The notes: generated by a model not told the origin, from the letters alone. DNA of 64,000 nt from Ilumatobacteraceae bacterium (GCA_963850755.1 CAWKMO010000012.1:56506-120505), one strand, 5' to 3'; positions 9,506 through 22,925 are shown, numbered from the stretch's first letter. Program-made: numbers and translations.

Positions 9506-10320
9506 ACAGCGTGGTCGAACGGCGCGCCCGCCGTGTCCCGAGCTCGACACCGGCGACGAACGTCCCGGCCGCGATCGCCGTCGACGCCGCACCGGCGACC
9601 GTGCGGCGGATGACGGTCTTGGTGCGCTCACTGAACACGACGACGGGCCAGCCGTTGCCGCGGGCGTGGCGTTCGAGCTTGCCGTCGGGGTTGACGGCGA
9701 CGGGGTGACCGACGGCGCTCAACATCGGCAGATCGCTGGCCGAGTCGCTGTAGGCGTAGCACTGGTTGAGGTCGAGCCCGTCCCAACGCGGCGAGCTGCA
9801 GAATCGCCTCGACCTTCCCGGCCCGTACACGAAGGGGCCGTCGAGCTCGCCCGTGTACACGCCGTCGACGACCTCGCCGCGGGTGCCGATGGCACCGGTC
9901 ATGCCCAGCGATGCGGCGAGCGGCTCGACGATCTCCTGAGGCGCGGCGGACACGATGTAGGTGGTGCGCCCGGCATGACGGTGCATGTCGAGCAGCCGGC
10001 GTGCCTCGGGCCGGATCTTGCCGAGCAAGGTCGGCAGCACGCGTCTCGTTGAGCGCGGCCAGGTCGTCCTGGCGCTGACCACGGATGAACCCCAGCACCC
10101 GGTCGCGGGCGTTGTCGCTGGCACTGCTGTTGTGGTCGCCGCGGAACTTGAAGGTCGCCGCCGTGACCGCATCGCGCAGGAGCTCGCGGGTCGGCATCAT
10201 CTTCATCTTGCGGGCGGCCATGGCGAGGGCGAAGGCCGACGACCCCGCAATCAGCGTGCGGTCGAGGTCGAAGAATGCCGCGCTCGGACCCGAACCCGCC
10301 ACCGCCACGTATTGACCCAT
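9489..10320 (-). CDS. HAD-IB family hydrolase (SerB1-like; frameshifted)
   Basis: AAFFDLDRTL, IVSA, YAYSDSASDLPML and AVNPD motifs. Confidence 0.88.
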
Positions 10321-10366
10321 GCCCGTCAGGGTACCGAGCGAGTCTGAACGGAGTGCGTCAGTTGCG

Positions 10367-11197
10367 TCACGGGAGCGTGACAGCGAGCGCGTACACGGTC
10401 TTGCGGGTCGCACCCAATCGCCGGCTGACAGAAGCCACGGCGTCCTTCTTGGTGCGCCCTGCGGCCAGCTCGGCCCGCAGCTCGGCCCGGATCGTGTCGT
10501 CGTCGACGATCAGGTGCTCGCGTGGCCGTCCGGCGAGCACCACGACGTACTCGCCGCGGGGCTCGCCGAGATCGACCGTGCCGAGCGTGCCGCGCTCGAC
10601 CTGTTCGTAGAGCTTGGTCAGCTCGCGGCACACGGCGACCTGTCGATCGTCCCCGCACGCCGTTCGGAGATCGGCCATGGTGCGGATGATCCGGTGCGGC
10701 GCCTCGTAGATCACCGTCGTTCGCTCCTCGGCGGCGAGCTCGGCCAGCCGTTGTGATCGATCGCGGCCCGAACGCGGAAGGAACCCTTCGAACACGAAAC
10801 GCGAGGTCGGCAGCCCGCTGATCGTCAGCGCCATGATCACCGCTGCCGGTCCAGGCACGGCCGAGACCGCGAAGCCGGCGTCGATCGCTGCGCGTGCCAG
10901 GCGTTCGCCGGGATCGGAGATCCCGGGCGTGCCGGCATCGGTGACGACGGCGACATCCCGGCCGGCGGCGAGCATGTCGATCATCTCGCCGACACGCGCC
11001 GCCTCGGTGTGATCGTTGGCGACCGCCAGGCGTTCCACGCGCACGCCGGCGTGCTGGAGCAGCCGGCCGGTCCGGCGCGTGTCCTCGCAGCAGACGAGTC
11101 CCGCCGAGCGCAGCACCTCGATGGCCCGCGGGGCGAGGTCGCCCAGGTTCCCGATCGGGGTGGCGATCAACCAGAGCGTGCCCGCCGAATCGCTCAC
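10367..11197 (-). CDS. rsmI: 16S rRNA C1402 2'-O-methyltransferase
   Basis: ATPIGNLGD, CEDTR, DAGTPGISDPG, YEAPHR and RELTKLYE motifs. Confidence 0.96.
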   Translation of the reverse strand: MSDSAGTLWLIATPIGNLGDLAPRAIEVLRSAGLVCCEDTRRTGRLLQHAGVRVERLAVANDHTEAARVGEMIDMLAAGRDVAVVTDAGTPGISDPGERLARAAIDAGFAVSAVPGPAAVIMALTISGLPTSRFVFEGFLPRSGRDRSQRLAELAAEERTTVIYEAPHRIIRTMADLRTACGDDRQVAVCRELTKLYEQVERGTLGTVDLGEPRGEYVVVLAGRPREHLIVDDDTIRAELRAELAAGRTKKDAVASVSRRLGATRKTVYALAVTLP

Positions 11198-11535
11198 TCG
11201 TCGTCGTCCCGGACGTCGATGACGTCACCGACCCTGAGACCCCAACGGGCGAAGGCACCGGCCTCGGCCTCGATCACGTGACTCCCACGCCACACCGGGA
11301 TGCCGACACGATGCCGGTGCATCTGCAACGTCTTGATGACCACGCCCGACTCGTCGAGGTAGGCGACGTCGATCGGGAACCGCATGCCGATCGTGTGGAT
11401 CCAGCGGCACGGGCGCAGCACGAGCGCACCTTCCATGTGGTCGCGCCCGAGCAGGCCGCGCCGGCGCGACGACCTGCCATCGGCGATCTCGGCCGAGGCC
11501 AGCACGTGTGAGTCGCGGTTGACCAACCAGGGCAC
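11194..11535 (-). CDS. DUF192-family protein
   Basis: RRGLLGR...IHTIGMRFPIDVAYLD...VIEAEAG. Confidence 0.8.
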   Translation of the reverse strand: MPWLVNRDSHVLASAEIADGRSSRRRGLLGRDHMEGALVLRPCRWIHTIGMRFPIDVAYLDESGVVIKTLQMHRHRVGIPVWRGSHVIEAEAGAFARWGLRVGDVIDVRDDDE

Positions 11536-11653
11536 GACCGAAGTGTGCCACGCCGCGCCGGCGTCGGCATGCCGATGCCGGAGACCAGGAGCGACCCGGA
11601 TCACCGGGCAATGACCACCGCTCCGAGGTCCACGGGCGGTACCGTCGCCGCCC

Positions 11654-12488
11654 GTGCCGATCTTCCACGCCATCGTGCTCGGTCTCGTGCAGGGTCTGTC
11701 GGAGTTCCTCCCGATCTCGTCGAGCGGGCACCTGATTCTCGTGCCGTGGCTGTTCGGTTGGGACGACTTCGCCGGCGACGAGTCGGTCAAGAAGGCGTTC
11801 GACGTCAGCCTCCACATCGGCACGCTTGATCGCCGTCGTCGGCTACTTCCGCCACGATCTCGTGGTGTACGTCCGCGAGGGCCTGCGGTTGGTGCTGCGC
11901 CGCCAACAACCGGCCTCCGTCGAAGGCCGGATCGCCTGGTTGCTGGTTCTGGCGACGGTCCCGGCGGCACTCGTCGGCTTCTTCTTCGAGGACTGGATCG
12001 ACGAGTCGCTCGGCGAACCATGGATCATCGGCGTGTCGATGATCGTCTTCGGCTTGTTGCTGTGGTGGGCCGACCAGCAGAAGGGCGAACGGCCGCTCGA
12101 CGATCTCGGCGTCGCCGACTCGCTCAAGGTCGGAGCGGCACAGGCGTTGTCGCTCAACCCGGGCACGTCACGGTCGGGCATCACGATCACGGCCGCCCGC
12201 TGGACCGGGTTCGATCGCGACGCCGCCGCCCGTTTGAGCTTCCTCATGAGCATCCCGGTGATCCTCGGAGCGGTCGTGTTCAAGGTCGGCTCGCTCGCCG
12301 CCGACGGCATCCCGGACGGGCTGATCGGCCCGATGATCGTCGGAATCATCACGAGTGCGGTCGCCGGCTGGATCGCCGTGTGGGGCACGCTGCGGCTGCT
12401 TCGTACGATGACGTTCCTGCCGTTCGTGATCTACCGCGTGTTGCTCGGGATCGCGGTGCTGACGATCCTCGCCACCGGCTGGCGCTGA
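11654..12488 (+). CDS. uppP: Undecaprenyl-diphosphatase (frameshift near 11826)
   Basis: [14 protein letters not shown] and PGTSRSG.T motifs; multi-TM protein. Confidence 0.95.
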
Positions 12489-12492
12489 CGTC

Positions 12493-12583
12493 AGGACATG
12501 AGCGGATAGGTCGCTCCGCTCCTTTCATTCCGCTCATGTCCTCCGTGTCCGATGGTCGGCTCGCTCGCCTACTCGCTCGCCTC
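12493..12583. repeat. Intergenic hairpin repeat family B, copy 1
   Basis: Stem AGGACATGAGCGGA/TCCGCTCATGTCCT; 29-nt core identical (reverse complement) to 37621-37649. Confidence 0.85.
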
Positions 12584-13174
12584 CTACGGCGCCAGCAGCA
12601 GCGTGATCCCGCCGGCTTCGGCTGCGGCGGGAATCATCGGCGCAAGGTCCGCCGGCACGGCCACGAGCGTGACGTCGTCGTGGTAGCCGACGACGATCGC
12701 AGCCTCGGCGATCACCATGCCGTCTCCGGCGAGCTGCACTCGATCACCGATCGCGGCCCCCGACACAGGTGACTCGACGAGTGGGACGGCGAGCCAGCCG
12801 TCCGGCACGAGCGCCAGCGGCCCCGGACGATCGGCGTGCCCGACATCGACAAGGGTCACGATCTCGCCGGCGGCGATGTGCTGCCGGGCGATCGCGGCCC
12901 CGGCGTCGGCCGGGGCGAGCGCGGCGCCCGGAACGAGCGCGGCCGGCAGATCGCGTGCCGTCACGACGAGCGGCTCGCCCGGCGAGATGTCGCGCTCGGT
13001 GACCAGCACCCGACGCGTGCTGCCCCACTGATCGCGAGCGGCGTCGATGCGATCGACACGGTCGACGACGGTGGCGGCCGCGGCCACGGCGCTGGCGGCG
13101 ACGCACAGCCAGTAGATCCATGGGCGCCTGACCAGCAACCGGCGGGCAGCGGGCATCAACCGCAGCGGTGACAT
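12584..13174 (-). CDS. SAF-domain (CpaB/FlgA-like) membrane protein
   Basis: N-terminal TM, VLV..RDISPGE, LP..LVP.GA and [11 protein letters not shown]. Confidence 0.7.
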   Translation of the reverse strand: MSPLRLMPAARRLLVRRPWIYWLCVAASAVAAAATVVDRVDRIDAARDQWGSTRRVLVTERDISPGEPLVVTARDLPAALVPGAALAPADAGAAIARQHIAAGEIVTLVDVGHADRPGPLALVPDGWLAVPLVESPVSGAAIGDRVQLAGDGMVIAEAAIVVGYHDDVTLVAVPADLAPMIPAAAEAGGITLLLAP

Positions 13175-13261
13175 GGGGCCTCCAGACGGGCATGACGACT
13201 GAGCTCGGAGGAAGCCGGAGGCGCCGCAGGCTATCGGCGGCGGGGAGCCGGACAGCGCCGC

Positions 13262-13936
13262 TCAGAAGTCGAGCGTGGGTGCGTCGACGGGCACGCCGAT
13301 CGCGGCGACGATCTTGGACTTGGTGCGGATCAGCTCGTCGCGCGGCGCGACCGAGATGGCGGCGGCGCGCTCGCGGGCGGCGTCGAGCAACTGGTCGGGC
13401 GGGACGACGGCGACGACGAGGCCGACGCGCAGCGCTTCGACGGCATCGATCGAGCGGCCCGTGAGCACGAGGTCGCGCGCCACCGCGCCTCCGACGAGAT
13501 CACGCACGATCCGGTACAACACCGTCGTCCAACGTTGCTCGGGATGGGCGAACCGGGCGGTGTCGGCGGCGACACGGATGTCGCACAGACAGGCGAGGTC
13601 GAACCCGCCCGCCAGCGCCGGGCCGTTGACGGCGGCGATCGTCGGGACCGGAAATCGCATCACCGTGTGGTGGAAGCGATCGCTCGATGCCCACAGCGCC
13701 TGCTGATGGGCATCCGACGGATCGCCGAACTCGGTCAGATCGAAGCCGGCACTGAAGGTGTCGCCCTCGCCGGTGATGATCACGACGCTGGTCTCGATCC
13801 GTTGTGCCAGTTCGTCGAGGGCGTCCGAGATCTCGTCGCGCACCGCGATGGACAGTGCGTTCTTCTTCTCGGGTCGACGGATCGTCAGCGTCGCCACCGG
13901 CCCGTCGTGGTCGATCGAGATCAGACGGCCGTCCAT
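13262..13936 (-). CDS. Enoyl-CoA hydratase/isomerase family protein
   Basis: RPEKKNAL, FSAGFDL and IAAVNGPALAGGFDLA motifs. Confidence 0.9.
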   Translation of the reverse strand: MDGRLISIDHDGPVATLTIRRPEKKNALSIAVRDEISDALDELAQRIETSVVIITGEGDTFSAGFDLTEFGDPSDAHQQALWASSDRFHHTVMRFPVPTIAAVNGPALAGGFDLACLCDIRVAADTARFAHPEQRWTTVLYRIVRDLVGGAVARDLVLTGRSIDAVEALRVGLVVAVVPPDQLLDAARERAAAISVAPRDELIRTKSKIVAAIGVPVDAPTLDF

Positions 13937-14059
13937 CGGTCTCGACCATACGCGAACCTCGCCGCAGCCGTGGCGAGCGAGCTCGGCGGCGGTAGCTTCT
14001 GCCGTCCGACTTCCTCCAGGCCCAACGTGCGCGCCGACGCACCGTCCGTGAGGAAGCCG

Positions 14060-14803
14060 ATGCCAGAGCCAACCGAGCTCCCACCACGCCCGCTCCCGCC
14101 GCGCAGCCCCGGCGCCGCGATCGCCACATGGGCGCAATGGTTCGGGCTCGGCCGACTGGTGGCGAGCGCGCTCTCGGTCGTGATCGTGATCGGCGGAGCA
14201 GTCTGGTTGTTGCGGGCGCCGGCGCCGGCCACCGAGGCGACGTTGCCGGTGGCCAGCGGTGGGGCTCCGACCGTGACGATCTCTCCACCGTCGACTGTCC
14301 CGGCAGGAGACGTCGTGGTCACGGTGGCCCCAACGATCGTGTCGTCGGTGGTGGTCCACGTCGCCGGCGCGGTCCAGATGCCGGGTGTCTACGAGCTGCC
14401 CGCCGCCTCTCGCGTCGGCGACGCCGTGACGCTCGCCGGCGGTGTGACCGCCGATGGCGACCTCGACGGGCTCAACCTGGCGGCGCCGATCGTCGATGGT
14501 GAGCGGATCTACGTGCCGGTTCGGGGTGAGGTCGATCCGGCGGCGGTGCCTTCAGGCGCGGGAGCGGCCCGACCTGTCGACCCTGCCGGCGGCGGGACGA
14601 CCGCGCCCGCGGGCCCGATCGACCTCAACACCGCGACCGCCGCTGATCTCGAGACGTTGCCAGGAGTCGGCCCGGCGACGGCGTTCGCGATCATCGACGA
14701 CCGCACCCGCAACGGCCCGTTCGCATCGGTCGACGATCTCGACCGCGTCCCGGGGATCGGCCCCGCCAAGCTCGACTCCCTCCGCGACCTGGTGACGGTT
14801 TGA
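14060..14803 (+). CDS. comEA: Competence DNA receptor ComEA
   Basis: TM, SLBB (VHVAGAV..PGVY), HhH (IDLNTA..LETLPGVGP...VPGIGP). Confidence 0.93.
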   Translation: MPEPTELPPRPLPPRSPGAAIATWAQWFGLGRLVASALSVVIVIGGAVWLLRAPAPATEATLPVASGGAPTVTISPPSTVPAGDVVVTVAPTIVSSVVVHVAGAVQMPGVYELPAASRVGDAVTLAGGVTADGDLDGLNLAAPIVDGERIYVPVRGEVDPAAVPSGAGAARPVDPAGGGTTAPAGPIDLNTATAADLETLPGVGPATAFAIIDDRTRNGPFASVDDLDRVPGIGPAKLDSLRDLVTV

Positions 14804-14821
14804 CCTTGAGCCGGATCAAGC

Positions 14822-15248
14822 TCAGTCGAGCAAGAGATTCGCCGAGCACCGACGTGGCCACTGCGAGGGCGACGATCGCACCGAGCACGACGGCGAGCGT
14901 CAGGTACGTCATTTCACGCCAGTAGTCGCGCCACGAGGCCACCGTCGATCGCGTCGCCCGGCGCGATGCGAACAGGCCCAGCAACAACCACATCGGGATG
15001 CTGGCGAGGATCGCCATCGGATACTGCGAATCGTCGGCGAACGGCGCGCCCACGAACAGCAGCCCGGGAGCAGCCGACACGCCTGCGACGAGCCCGATCA
15101 TGCCACTCTCGCGTCCGTCGCCCATGCGCAGCGACAACCACGCGACCGCACCGAGCAGAGCCATCGGCACGAGGCCGAGCAGTGGCCCGAGCACGCGGAT
15201 GCGCGCCCGATACCAGCGCGGCCCAGCGATGAGCGGCTCGCTCGGCAT
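14822..15248 (-). CDS. Hypothetical 4-TM membrane protein (3' end approximate)
   Basis: Four hydrophobic segments in ORF 14691..15248; probable stop near 14822 after an indel. Confidence 0.6.
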
Positions 15249-15333
15249 CGGCGCCGCAACGGGGCGCGGCCCCAGACGGTCGTGGCGAGTGATCGTGTCG
15301 ATCCGACGAGCCTATGGCGACCGGTTGCGGAGC

Positions 15334-16768
15334 GTGCGGCACCCGGTGTCGTCTGTGACCGTTGTCGGCGGTGCGGTGGCGGTCGTCACTCGTGTGCTGG
15401 CCCGAGCAGCGCTCGTTGACGTCACCGGCAACGCTCCTGGTAGCCGCTGTGATCACGTTGTTCGGCGCGATCGACGGCAGCGATCGACGCGCTCGGCGAC
15501 GCGGCGTGGCCGTCCTGATCGTGCTGGCCGCCGTCGCCGGCGTGCGTGCCGAATCGGCGTGGGGCTCACTGCAGCCGCGCCACCTCGGGCGACTACCAGG
15601 GATGGGCGACGGTGGTCGGAGATCCGCAACCGTTCCCGTCGGCGACGCGCGTCGTGCTCGAGTTGGACGGCCAGCGGTTCGAGTACTGGGCGAGGGGGCG
15701 CGCCAAGCGACTGCCGCGTCGGCGAGTGGGCGTCAGGCGACCGTGTGCTCGTCAAGGGTGCTCCGCGATCGACTCGACGCCGACGCGGCGCCTGCGCGTG
15801 GCGTGGCAGCACGTGGTCGGCGAGTTCGAGATGGAGTGGGTCGCCGATGTCGCTGTCGGGGGGCCGCTCGACCGGGCATCCAATCGCGTTCGCAGTGTGC
15901 TCGAACGCGGGTCGAATGAACTGCCCGCGGCCGACGCGGCGTTGTTCCGGGGCTCGTGATCGGCGACGACGCCGAGCAGCCACCCGAGATGGTCGACCGC
16001 TTCCGTGCCAGCGGGCTGTCGCATTTGACGGCCGTGTCCGGTCAGAACGTGTCCTTTCTGTTGGCCGCCGCGGGGCCGCTGATCCGCCGCTTGCGTCCGT
16101 GGCTGCGTTGGGTCGCCACGCTGGCGTTGATCGGTTGGTTCGTGGCTCTCACGCGTTTCGAGCCGTCGATCGTCCGGGCGGGTGCGATGGCCGCCCTGTC
16201 GGCGACGGCGTTCGTCGGTGGACACGAACGGCAAACGGTCGCGCGTGCTCTGGCTGGCGGTGATCGGACTCTTGCTGATCGATCCGTTGCTCGTGCGGTC
16301 GGTGGGATTCTGGCTGTCGGTCGGGGCGACCGCCGGCGTCACCACTGTCGGACCATGGTTGGCGGCCGCCTTCGGTCGCTCGGCCTGCTGGCGGCGCCGA
16401 TCGGGGTGACCCTCGGCGCCCAGGTCGGCGTGATCCTGCCGGCCGTGCTGGTGTTCGGGCACGTGCCGCTGATGAGCATCCCGGCCAACCTGTTGGCGAC
16501 GCCGGTGGCCGGCGGCGTGATGCTCTACGGACTGCCGGCCGGGCTGCTCGCCGGTGCGATCCCCGGCCTCGGGTCGGTGGCGATGATCCCGTGCCGGCTC
16601 GGGGTTCGTTGGGTCGACCTGGTAGCGACGCTCGGAGCCCGCCTCGAACCGGGTGGCCGGGCGAGCTGGGTGGGATGGGTCGTCGTGATCGGAGTCGTGG
16701 CTGTGATCGTCGTCATCGAGTCCGGTAAGAATCGGAGCCGCCATGAGTGTCCACCTCCTGACCGGTGA
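15334..16768 (+). CDS. comEC: ComEC/Rec2 competence channel (several frameshifts; no MBL domain)
   Basis: FRASGLSHLTAVSGQNV, EPSIVRA..M, GFWLSV.AT and PANLLA.PV motifs; lies directly upstream of holA. Confidence 0.88.
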
Positions 16769-17726
16769 CGACGAGTCGATCCTGCGCTCCAAGGCGCACG
16801 ACCTGATCAACCACCTCGTCGGTGACGACGACCGGAGCCTGATGGTCGACGAGTTCGACGGCGAGGACTACGAGCTGCGGTCGGTGGTCGACGCTGCTCA
16901 GACGATGCCGTTCCTCACCGATCGCCGGATCGTGATCGCTCGCGACGTGGGGCGCTTCGGCGCCGACGAGTTCGGGCCCGCTGCTGGGCTACCTCGTCCG
17001 ATCCGCTCGACACCACCCAGTTGGTGCTGATCGCCGGCGGCGGGCGGCTTCCGAAGAAGCTCGTCGACGCGAGTGTCGGCGGCCGGGGGACACGTCACCG
17101 ACACCAACCCGCCCCGCAAGGCAAACGACCGGACGGCATGGATCCGGGCCGAGGCCGAGCTCCACGGCGTGCGCGTCGATGCCCAGGCGGCGGCCCGCAT
17201 CGCCGAGCAACTCGGTGACGACATGGGTCGGCTCGACGGGATCGTGTCGGTGCTGCGGTCGACGTTCGGCGAAGGTGTGCGTGTCACTGCCACCGACGTC
17301 GAGCCGTTCCTCGGCGAGGCCGGCGACGTGCCGCCGTGGGATTTCACCGACGCCATCGACGCCGGCCAGACGGCGAAGGCGCTGACGATGATGACGCGGA
17401 TGGTTCACGGAGGCGAGCGCCATCCGCTCCAGATCATGGCGATCCTCCACGCCCACTACAGCAAGCTCGCCCGCCTCGACGGTGTCGACGCCCGCAGCGA
17501 GAGCGACGCCGCCCAGGCGATGGGGATCAGGCCAGGCTTCCCCGCCAGGAAAGCCCTCGGCAACTACCAGCGGCTCGGTGGCGGTGGTGTCAGGCGGGCG
17601 ATCGCCCTGCTCGCCGCCGCCGACCTCGACCTGCGCGGCGCCACCGACCTCGACTCCGAAACGGTGATGGAAGTGCTCGTCGCCCGCCTCAGCCGCTTGG
17701 GGCCGGCGCAGCGGGTCCGCAACTGA
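16743..17726 (+). CDS. holA: DNA polymerase III delta subunit (frameshifted)
   Basis: VHLLTGDD, TMPFLTDRR.V, WDFTDAI and ADLDLRG; comEC-holA-rpsT synteny. Confidence 0.88.
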
Positions 17727-17743
17727 CAACCCGCCGCACACGA

Positions 17744-17776
17744 CGGAGCCCGGGGGCTTGCACCTCCCGGGCTCCG
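17744..17776. terminator. Hairpin between convergent holA and rpsT
   Basis: CGGAGCCCGGGGG-CTTGCA-CCTCCCGGGCTCCG stem-loop. Confidence 0.7.
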
Positions 17777-17802
17777 GTCTCGATCGTCAGGTTGTGACCG
17801 CG

Positions 17803-18060
17803 TCAGCTGGCGGCGGCGTTGACCTTCTTCATCAGGCGGCTCTTGCGGCGAGCGGCCGTGTTCTTGTGGATGATGCCCTTGGAAGCGGCCGAGTCGATCT
17901 TCTTGACGGCCATGCGAACCGCCTCTTCGTTGGAGTCGTCACCGATCGTCTTGACCGCCGACTTGGTGCGGCTCTTGAGCTCGCTGCGGACGGCCTTGTT
18001 GCGCTCGGCCGCCTTGGCGTTGGTGATGTTGCGCTTCTTCTGGCTCTTGATGTTCGCCAC
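17803..18060 (-). CDS. rpsT: 30S ribosomal protein S20
   Basis: ANIKSQKKR...[16 protein letters not shown]. Confidence 0.97.
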   Translation of the reverse strand: MANIKSQKKRNITNAKAAERNKAVRSELKSRTKSAVKTIGDDSNEEAVRMAVKKIDSAASKGIIHKNTAARRKSRLMKKVNAAAS

Positions 18061-18207
18061 TTGGCAATCTCTCTTCGTCGGTCCTTCAGCCCGATGGGAC
18101 CCCATCGAGCAGCGGAATGAGGCTATCCGCAGCGTGCCGCACATCCCAACGCCGCGCACACGCTCACTCCCAGGCCGGTCGCCCCGCCGATAGCGTGATG
18201 GATCGCC

Positions 18208-19992
<1,785 letters not shown>

Positions 19993-19997
19993 GCTTG

Positions 19998-20240
19998 TTG
20001 GGCTCGGTCGCAGCGCAGCTGCTCCTCGTCGCCTACCGAGCTCGCCGTCTCCGCTGCGCTTCGACGGCTCACCGCCTGGCTGACCCGCGGGCCGTCGGTG
20101 CGTTGCTGCCCGAACTCGATCGGGCTGCTCCTCGTCGCCTCCGAGCTCGCCGTCTCCGGGCTTTGACGGCTACCCGCCTGGCGACCGCGGGCCGTCGGTG
20201 CGTTCTGCCGAACTCGATCGGGCTGCTCCTCGTCGCCCGG
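19998..20240. repeat. Repeat family A, about 2.5 tandem ~100-bp units in reverse orientation
   Basis: GCTGCTCCTCGTCGCC occurs three times; CCGAGCTCGCCGTCTCCG and CCGCGGGCCGTCGGTGCGTT occur twice. Confidence 0.85.
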
Positions 20241-20314
20241 TGGCTGTGACACAGCGGCGGTTGATGGTGCGCGACTAGGGGTTGGGCCTGGGGGTGGCGG
20301 CAGGATGGGCGGTG

Positions 20315-21598
20315 ATGGGGTCGACGTTCCGGTCTGTGAGGGGCAACCGGAACGCCAAGCTCTTCTTCACCGGGTTGCTGGCGTCGAACATCGGCACCTG
20401 GGTGCAGTTCACGGCGATGGCGATCCTCGTCGACCGGTTGACCGGGAAGACCACGGCGATCGGCATCCTGAGCGCGCTCCAGTTCGGGCCGATGCTGTTC
20501 CTCGGGGCGTGGGCAGGCGCCGTCGCCGACCGCGTCGACCGGCGCACGATGACGATCGTCACCCAGATCCGGCCTGGCGATCCAGGCGACCGTGCTGGCC
20601 GCGCTCGACATCACCGGCACGATCAGCATCGAGGCGATCTACGCGCTGACGTTCGTGCTCGGGATCATCTCGGCGTTCGACAATCCGGCCCGACGCGGCT
20701 TCGTCACGGAATTGGTTCCGGAGGAGCAGATCGCCAACGCGGTGTCGCTCAACACCGCGGTCATGACCAGTTCCCGGATCTTCGGCCCGGCGATCACGGC
20801 CCTGCTGGTCGGATCCGCCGGCACGGCGGTGCTGTTCTCGATCAACGCCGCCTCGTTCATGGCGATCCTGATCCCGCTCGCCATGCTCGACCGATCGAAG
20901 CTCTATCCACCGCCCCGCGGCACCGAAAGGCGGGACACCCGTCCGAGACGGGCTGCGCTACGTGCGCCGCACGCCGATCATGTTCGCCACGTTCATCGTG
21001 TTCACGATCGTTTCCTGCTTCGGGTTCAACTTCAACGTCTCGCTGCCGCGCATGGCGAGCGAGATCTGGGGCAACGAGCAGTGGTACGGCTGGGTCCTCG
21101 CCGCCAACAGCGTCGGCAGCATGCTCGGGTCGCTGGCCACCGCGTCACGTCATTTCGTCTCCATCCGCTGGATGGCCGGGATGGGCTTCCTGCTCGGTGT
21201 CGCCGGGATCTGCCTTGCGTGGTCGCCTGATCCCGTGCTGGCCCTGTTCGTCTCGATCCCGCTCGGGATCGGCGGCGCCGGCTTCGTGTCGGGGATGAAC
21301 GCCATCACCCAGCAGGAGTGCCCGCCGGTCATGCGCGGCCGGATCCTCGCCCTCACGGCTGTGGCGTTCCTCGGCTCGTACCCGATCGGGGGCCCGATCA
21401 CCGGCATCGTCGGCGACCAGGTCAGCCTGCAGTGGTCGTTGTGCTACGGGGCGATCATCACGTTGATGGCCGTCGGCGGACTCGTGTGGTGGGCGCTCGG
21501 ACGCTCGGCCGAGACCTCGCGGTTCGTGGCGCTCCGCAACCTGCTCGGCCGCCTCCACCGCCGCGGCACCCAACCCGGGCGAGCATCCGTAGCGATGA
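20315..21598 (+). CDS. MFS transporter (frameshifted)
   Basis: LASNIGTWVQ, GAVADRVDRR, AFDNPARR.FV.ELV and Q..CPP.MRGR. Confidence 0.88.
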
Positions 21599-22895
21599 CC
21601 CAGCGGTCGGTGGTGTGGTTCAGACGCGACCTGCGGCTCGAGGACCATCCCGCGCTGACGGAAGCGTGCGCAGTCGGTGGCGTGCTGCCGCTGTTCGTGA
21701 TCGACCCGGCGTTCGACGCCAGCGGCTCGCCTCGCCGTGCCGCGCTCGGCGCAAGCAGTCGGATCGCTGAGCCGAGCGACCGGCGGGGCGCTCGTGGTCC
21801 GTGCGTGGCGATCCGGTGGACGTCGTGCCGCGCGTCGCCGCCGAGGTGGATGCTGACACCGTGTTCGTCTCCAAGGACTACGGGCCGTACGGTCGCCGGC
21901 GGGACGGCAGCGTTGCCGGCGCCCTGCGAGCGCAGGGACGTGCGCTTCGAGGAGTCGGATCGCCGTACGCCGTGGAGCCAGGGACGGTCTTGACCTCGAG
22001 CGGCTCGCCCTACGCGGTGTTCACACCGTTTGCCCGCCGATGGAGGCAGCTCGGCTCGCCTGCCCCGCTGACAGCGCCAGCGTCACCCGACTGGATCGAG
22101 GCGGACGTCGGGCGACCTCCCCGAGTGGTGGGGCGCCCTCGACGCCGAACGTGCGACGCCACTCCCCGAGTGGACGCAGCGCTGGGCCGGTTTCACCGCC
22201 GATGCCCTCGATCGGTACGACGTCGACACGCGACTTTCCCGGCACGGACGGGACGAGCCGACTCTCGCCACATCTCAAGTTCGGCATCGTTCACCCGCGA
22301 CTGCTGCTCGCCGAGCTGGTCCCGACCAACCGTGGCCACGAGACCTTCGCCAAGGAGATCGCCTGGCGCGACTTCTACGCCGACGTGCTCCACCGGAGTC
22401 CACGTTCCGCATGGGAGAACCTCGATCGACGCTTCGACCGAATCGCTGTCGACACCGACGACGCTGCCCGGGCGAAGTTCGAGCTGTGGTGCCGTGGCCA
22501 ACCGGGCTTCCCGATCGTCGACGCCGGCATGCGCCAGCTGGAGCGCCTCGGCTGGATGCACAACCGTGTGCGGATGATCACCGCCAGCTTCCTGGTCAAG
22601 GACCTCCACCTGCCGTGGCAGTGGGGTGCTCGCCACTTCCTGAAGCACCTCGTCGACGGTGATCTGGCGTCCAACAACCACGGTTGGCAGTGGGTCGCCG
22701 GGTCGGGCACCGACGCCGCCCCGTACTTCCGGGTGTTCAACCCGGCGGCCCAGATGGAGCGCTACGACCCCGACGGCGAGTACGTCGCGCGCTGGATCCC
22801 CGAGCTCGGGACCGCGCGACTATCCGGCACCGATCGTGGACCACGCCGCCGAGCGCCGGGAAGCGCTGGCACGGTACGAGGCGATCAAGCGTTGA
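21595..22895 (+). CDS. phr: Deoxyribodipyrimidine photolyase, class I (frameshifted)
   Basis: [50 protein letters not shown] and [13 protein letters not shown]. Confidence 0.93.
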
Positions 22896-22925
22896 TCGCT
22901 CCACCGTCGCAGCCTGCGGCGACGG

